Of a stretch of 64,000 nucleotides of DNA, positions 57,038 to 64,000 are shown one piece after another; the stretch's first letter is position 1, and every line of letters begins with the position of its first letter. The stretch spans positions 96,001-160,000 of the forward strand of contig OZ255842.1 in NCBI GenBank assembly GCA_965277805.1, given 5' to 3'. Both the position numbers and the translations under genes were made by a program. A model generated the notes under the pieces. It did not search any database. It had not been told where the DNA came from and saw only the letters and a program-made list of their open reading frames with translations. Source of the DNA: Candidatus Lustribacter sp. GTDB taxonomy: Bacteria > Vulcanimicrobiota > Vulcanimicrobiia > Vulcanimicrobiales > Vulcanimicrobiaceae.

Positions 57038-57712
57038 ATGGAACATATCAGCGCTTACTTCCACCAACTCGTCATCCATTTCGGATACGCGGGCCTGTTC
57101 GTGGTGGTATTCCTCGGCAACGTCGGCATGCCGACCGGCGTCGAAATCGTCATGCCGAGTGCCGGCGCCCTCGCGGCGACCGGGCATCTGTCGGGCATCG
57201 GGCCTGTGCCGGGCTGGATCATCGTCGCCGTGGTCGGCACGCTGGCCGAGATCTGCGGCGGCCTCCTGCTCTACTACATCGGCTGGTACGGCGGCATGCC
57301 GTTCGTGCACCGCTACGGCAAGTACATTCACTTTCGCGAACACGAACTCGAACGCGTCCACGCGTTCTACGAAAAACACGGCCGCGCGATGGTGTTCTGG
57401 TGCCGCTTCCTCCCGTTCGTGCGCGGCGTGGCCGCCCTGCCGCCGGGCATCTCACGCATGCAGAAGCGCTATTTCCTCGGCTACACCGCGCTCGGCTCGG
57501 CGATCTTCTGTTTCGGCCTCGCGTTTCTGGGCGACGAAGCCGGGCACAACGTCGACGCGATCACCGCGTACATTCACGACTTCGCGGTGGCGATCGTCGC
57601 CGGCGTCGTCGTCGTGCTCGGCGCGGCGGCGATCGTGTGGCGCATGCGCATGCGCGCTAACCGAGCACCAGTACCGCCAGTGGCGCAACAGCAAACGCCT
57701 CCCGCACCATAA
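57038..57712 (+). CDS. DedA-family membrane protein
   Basis: GYAGLF....L.N.G.P...E, YYIG..GG, F..HG...VF..RFLPFVR. Confidence 0.92.
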   Translation: MEHISAYFHQLVIHFGYAGLFVVVFLGNVGMPTGVEIVMPSAGALAATGHLSGIGPVPGWIIVAVVGTLAEICGGLLLYYIGWYGGMPFVHRYGKYIHFREHELERVHAFYEKHGRAMVFWCRFLPFVRGVAALPPGISRMQKRYFLGYTALGSAIFCFGLAFLGDEAGHNVDAITAYIHDFAVAIVAGVVVVLGAAAIVWRMRMRANRAPVPPVAQQQTPPAP

Positions 57713-60442
57713 CCTCGCCCGCGGCATCGGCCGTGATCGTACGTCCGTCTAACACGCTGCGATAGGTCGCGCCGGGCCGGCCGAGTTGCAACCGTTCGTC
57801 GTCGAACGCGACGCCTAGCGCACCGTGCGTGCGCGCGCGAACCAGCCGCGGAACCGCGAACACGATATCGTCGCGAGCGAATGCCACCACCGACGCCGCG
57901 CCGGGGCCCGACACGCCGACTTCACGATACGGCCCGTCGAGGAACGTCGCCGGGTGCGAACGCCGCAGTTGCAGTAAGCGCCACGTCACGTAGAGCTTGA
58001 TGCGGCCGTCGGGCCACGCCGCGAGCAGCTCGCCGATTACCGCTTCCGGCTCGAGGTCGCGGCGCACGAATTCTTCCAAGCTGTTCCGCCGGGCGTCGTA
58101 GTCGACCGCGCGGCGGTTGTCGGGATCGACCAGCGAGAGATCCCACATCTCGCAGCCCTGATAGATGTCGGGCACGCCCGGCGAACCGAGCTTCAGCGCG
58201 ACTTGGGCCAAGCCGTGCACGGCGGCGACCGGCGCGAGTTGCGCTGTGAACGCGCAGACATCGCGGAAGAACGGCGTATCGAGCGTCAGCGCGGCGCGCA
58301 CGAACGCTTCTAGCGCGTCCTCGTAACTTGCGCGGCGGTCGGTCCAACTGGTATGCAGCTTCGCCTCGCGCGCCGCTTTGAGCGCGTACGCGACGTGGCG
58401 ATCGGCATAGGCCGACAGCGCATCGGCATCGTCGATGCCGTCGCGCAGCCACTGAGCCGGCAGCGTGCCGACGACGGTCTGGTAGAAGAGGTATTCATCG
58501 ACCGGGCTCGGCGCGCCGTCCGCGTGCAGGACGGCGTTCATACGTGCCCAGCGGCCGACGGCGCGGCTCCACTCCGGCGCGAACTCCGTCAACGCCGCGA
58601 TGCGCAGGCGCGTGTCCTCACCGCGCTTGTGATCGTGGGTGGCGGTTGCGAGCATCGCGTGCGGGTGCGTCTTCGAGCGTTCGGCGTTCGCTGCGTGAAA
58701 TGAGGCCGGCGAGCGCCCGAAGCGCGCCGGTTCGCCACCGACCTCGTTGAGCGCCGCCAGCCGCACGTAACGGTAGAACGCCGTATCCTCGAGCGATTTC
58801 GCGGTGACCGGTCCCGTATATTGCTGGAAACGCATCGCAAAGCGCAGCACTTCCCTGCGATCGTAGTTCGTGCCGGTCTGATCGACGAGTTGCGCGCTCA
58901 GCGCATCGCGGATGAAATCGAACACGGCGTCGTCGGGGAACTCGCTGCGTACGCGCGCGGCCGCAACGGCTGCATCGATGACCTGCACGTCTTCGTTTTT
59001 GACGGCGTTGTCGGCCACGTACGTGCGGTAGACGGGGAACATCGCGACGACCTCGATCAGCGCGCGGCGCAACCCGAGGCTCGTGAAATCGCGCGAGCGG
59101 CGATCGGAGCGCGCGATGCGCGTCAGCCCGTCGATCAACACGCCGAGCTCACTCGCGAGGTCGACGCGCATGACGCGGCGTTTGGCTTCGTACGCTTCGT
59201 CGGCGAAGGTGGTTGCGCGGCCGAGCACGCGGCGGTAGATGCGGTCGAAGCCGCGCTCGGCCTCCTGATCGACGAACAGTCCGGCAACGAGGTTCATGAA
59301 CTCATAGCCGGTCGTGCCGGCGATGTGCCAGTCGTCGCGCAAGCGTTCGTCGCCGAGCAAGATCTTCTCGACCACGAGATAGAGCGGCTGCCCGAGCGCG
59401 GCCGAACGGTCGACGAGCAAGTTCGCATAGCCGCCTGGATTGTAGAGGCCGTCGATGTGATCGATGCGCAGCCCTTGGATGCGGCCGTCGGCGATCATGG
59501 CGAACACGAGCTCGTGCGTGCGCGCGAGCACTTCCGCATCCTCCACGCGCAAGCCGGCCAAATCGTTGATGTCGAAGAAGCGCCGGTAGTTGATCTCATC
59601 CGACGACACGCGCCAGAACGCGGGCCGGTAATGCTGCGCGGCAACCAGCGCATCGAGCCGGTTCGGATCGCTGACGAACGCCGCGCAGCCGTCGGCAAGT
59701 GCTCGCGCGAACGAGGGATCCGTGGCCACCCGAGCGGCGAGATCGCGCTGCAACGCGCCGGCGCGGTCGCGCAGCGCCACACGCTTCGTCGTTTCTCGCG
59801 GCCGCCCGCGCAGCGCGGTAAACGCGGTCGCCAATTCGCGCAGCTGTGCGGCCGTTTCGGGCGGCGCGTCCTGCGCGGCAAAGGCGAGCACGGCGCCGTA
59901 CGACGGCGGAGTCAGCGGAAAATGATGCTCGAAGTAGTTGAGCCGCAGCGCGTCGGCATCGGCTTCGAACGTGACGCGCAACTCGCCGCGCTCGACGACG
60001 CTGCCGTAGTGATCGCCGAGCACCGGCAGCACCAGCTTACCGCCGCCGGCCGAATTTTTATGCCACTCGATGTCGAAGAAGTGGCTGTAGGGCGAGAGCG
60101 ATCCCCAGGTGAGGATGTCGTACCACCACGGGTTGTCGCTGCCGATCCCCATGTGGTTGGGCACGAAGTCGACAAGATGCCCCATACCCCGCGCGTGCAG
60201 CGCGGCGATCATGGCGCGATGTTCGCGGTCGTCTCCGATCTCCGGATTCAGCCGCGTGTGGTCGACGACGTCGTACCCATGCTCGCTGCCCGGGCGCGCG
60301 CGGAAATACGGCGACGCGTACAGGTAGCCCACGCCGAGCGCATCGAGGTACGGCACGATCCGCTCGGCGTCGGTGAACCGGAACTGCGGACCGAACTGCA
60401 GGCGATAGGTGGAGTTCGGGACCGGCGGCACGCTCATCGCGT

Positions 60443-60446
<4 letters not shown>
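57657..60446 (-). CDS. treY: Malto-oligosyltrehalose synthase
   Basis: STYRLQ, GSEHGYDVVD, DFVPNHMG, INYRRFFDIN.LAGLRVE, LRIDHIDGL, VEKIL, ATHDHKRGED, SLVDPDNRR. Confidence 0.96.
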
Positions 60447-63655
<3,209 letters not shown>

Positions 63656-63685
63656 CAGGGGCTCTCATACCCCCGCAGCGCCGTT

Positions 63686-64000
63686 CTATCCCGGAATGGC
63701 GGCCCCAGCGGCGGCGGCGCGCTGCGCACGCACGTAGCGCACCGTCCAGACGAGAATGCCCCCGATGCAGACAACTGAGATCATGGGCGAAATCGAGGTC
63801 GCCCGGGCGATCGGCAGCGCCAGTGCCGCGACGACGCGCGCGCCGGCGTCCAGCAGCAGCCCCAGGCCCCAGACGATCGTGATGAGGCGGAACGCGCGCT
63901 GCGCCGCCGGTTGCTGCCACAGGGCTTCCGCGGCCGCGCGGGCGGCCGGGTTGTTGCCCGCCAGGTCGAGGTTCAACCGGTAGATCAAGGGCCGCGACGT
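63686..64000 (-). CDS. Membrane protein, C-terminal part (VC0807-like); start lies beyond the right edge
   Basis: Open to the edge: ..RPLIY...W..P....FRLITIVWGLGLLLDA..RV...LP...; family name from recall. Confidence 0.6.
   Translation of the reverse strand, partial: TSRPLIYRLNLDLAGNNPAARAAAEALWQQPAAQRAFRLITIVWGLGLLLDAGARVVAALALPIARATSISPMISVVCIGGILVWTVRYVRAQRAAAAGAAIPG

Noticed and set aside
57657-57712. 56-bp convergent overlap of dedA and treY
   Set aside because: Short 3' overlaps in low-complexity tails are common in GC-rich genomes; no evidence of function.

Overview
A GC-rich bacterial chromosomal segment with no transposase, integrase, CRISPR array or rRNA visible. It has three parts. 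(1) 1-7.3 kb is a potassium-uptake locus: two 29-aa membrane peptides followed by kdpABC on the - strand, facing an unusual soluble protein made of two tandem KdpD N-terminal modules. A membrane sensor gene, cut off by the left edge, is transcribed divergently from it. (2) About 7.7-36.9 kb is an accessory catabolic region. It holds an AraC-flanked operon encoding a 7-repeat EPTP/EAR-like beta-propeller, an uncharacterised protein and a solute-binding protein. It also holds an aldolase/lactonase pair and a SARP(BTAD)-PAS regulator, with an identical TTGACGG-N4-TTGACGG box before each of the two flanking operons. The larger operon runs CoA ligase, UbiD, crotonase, hydrolase, hmgA, fahA, Liv-type ABC transporter, hydrolase, SBP. 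It is followed by a ThDP enzyme plus frc, a TAXI-like protein, an ALDH and TauE. (3) 37-64 kb is mostly housekeeping: CHASE2 adenylate cyclase, efp, plsY, der, miaB, mutS, mscS, mutL, miaA, hfq, dapF, a radical SAM gene, two trkA-like genes, tRNA-Pro(CGG), a stand-alone Clp N-domain, dedA, treY and treS with a degenerate maltokinase domain. All calls come from motifs read by eye and recalled family knowledge; no database searches were run, and several start codons were re-chosen by hand.
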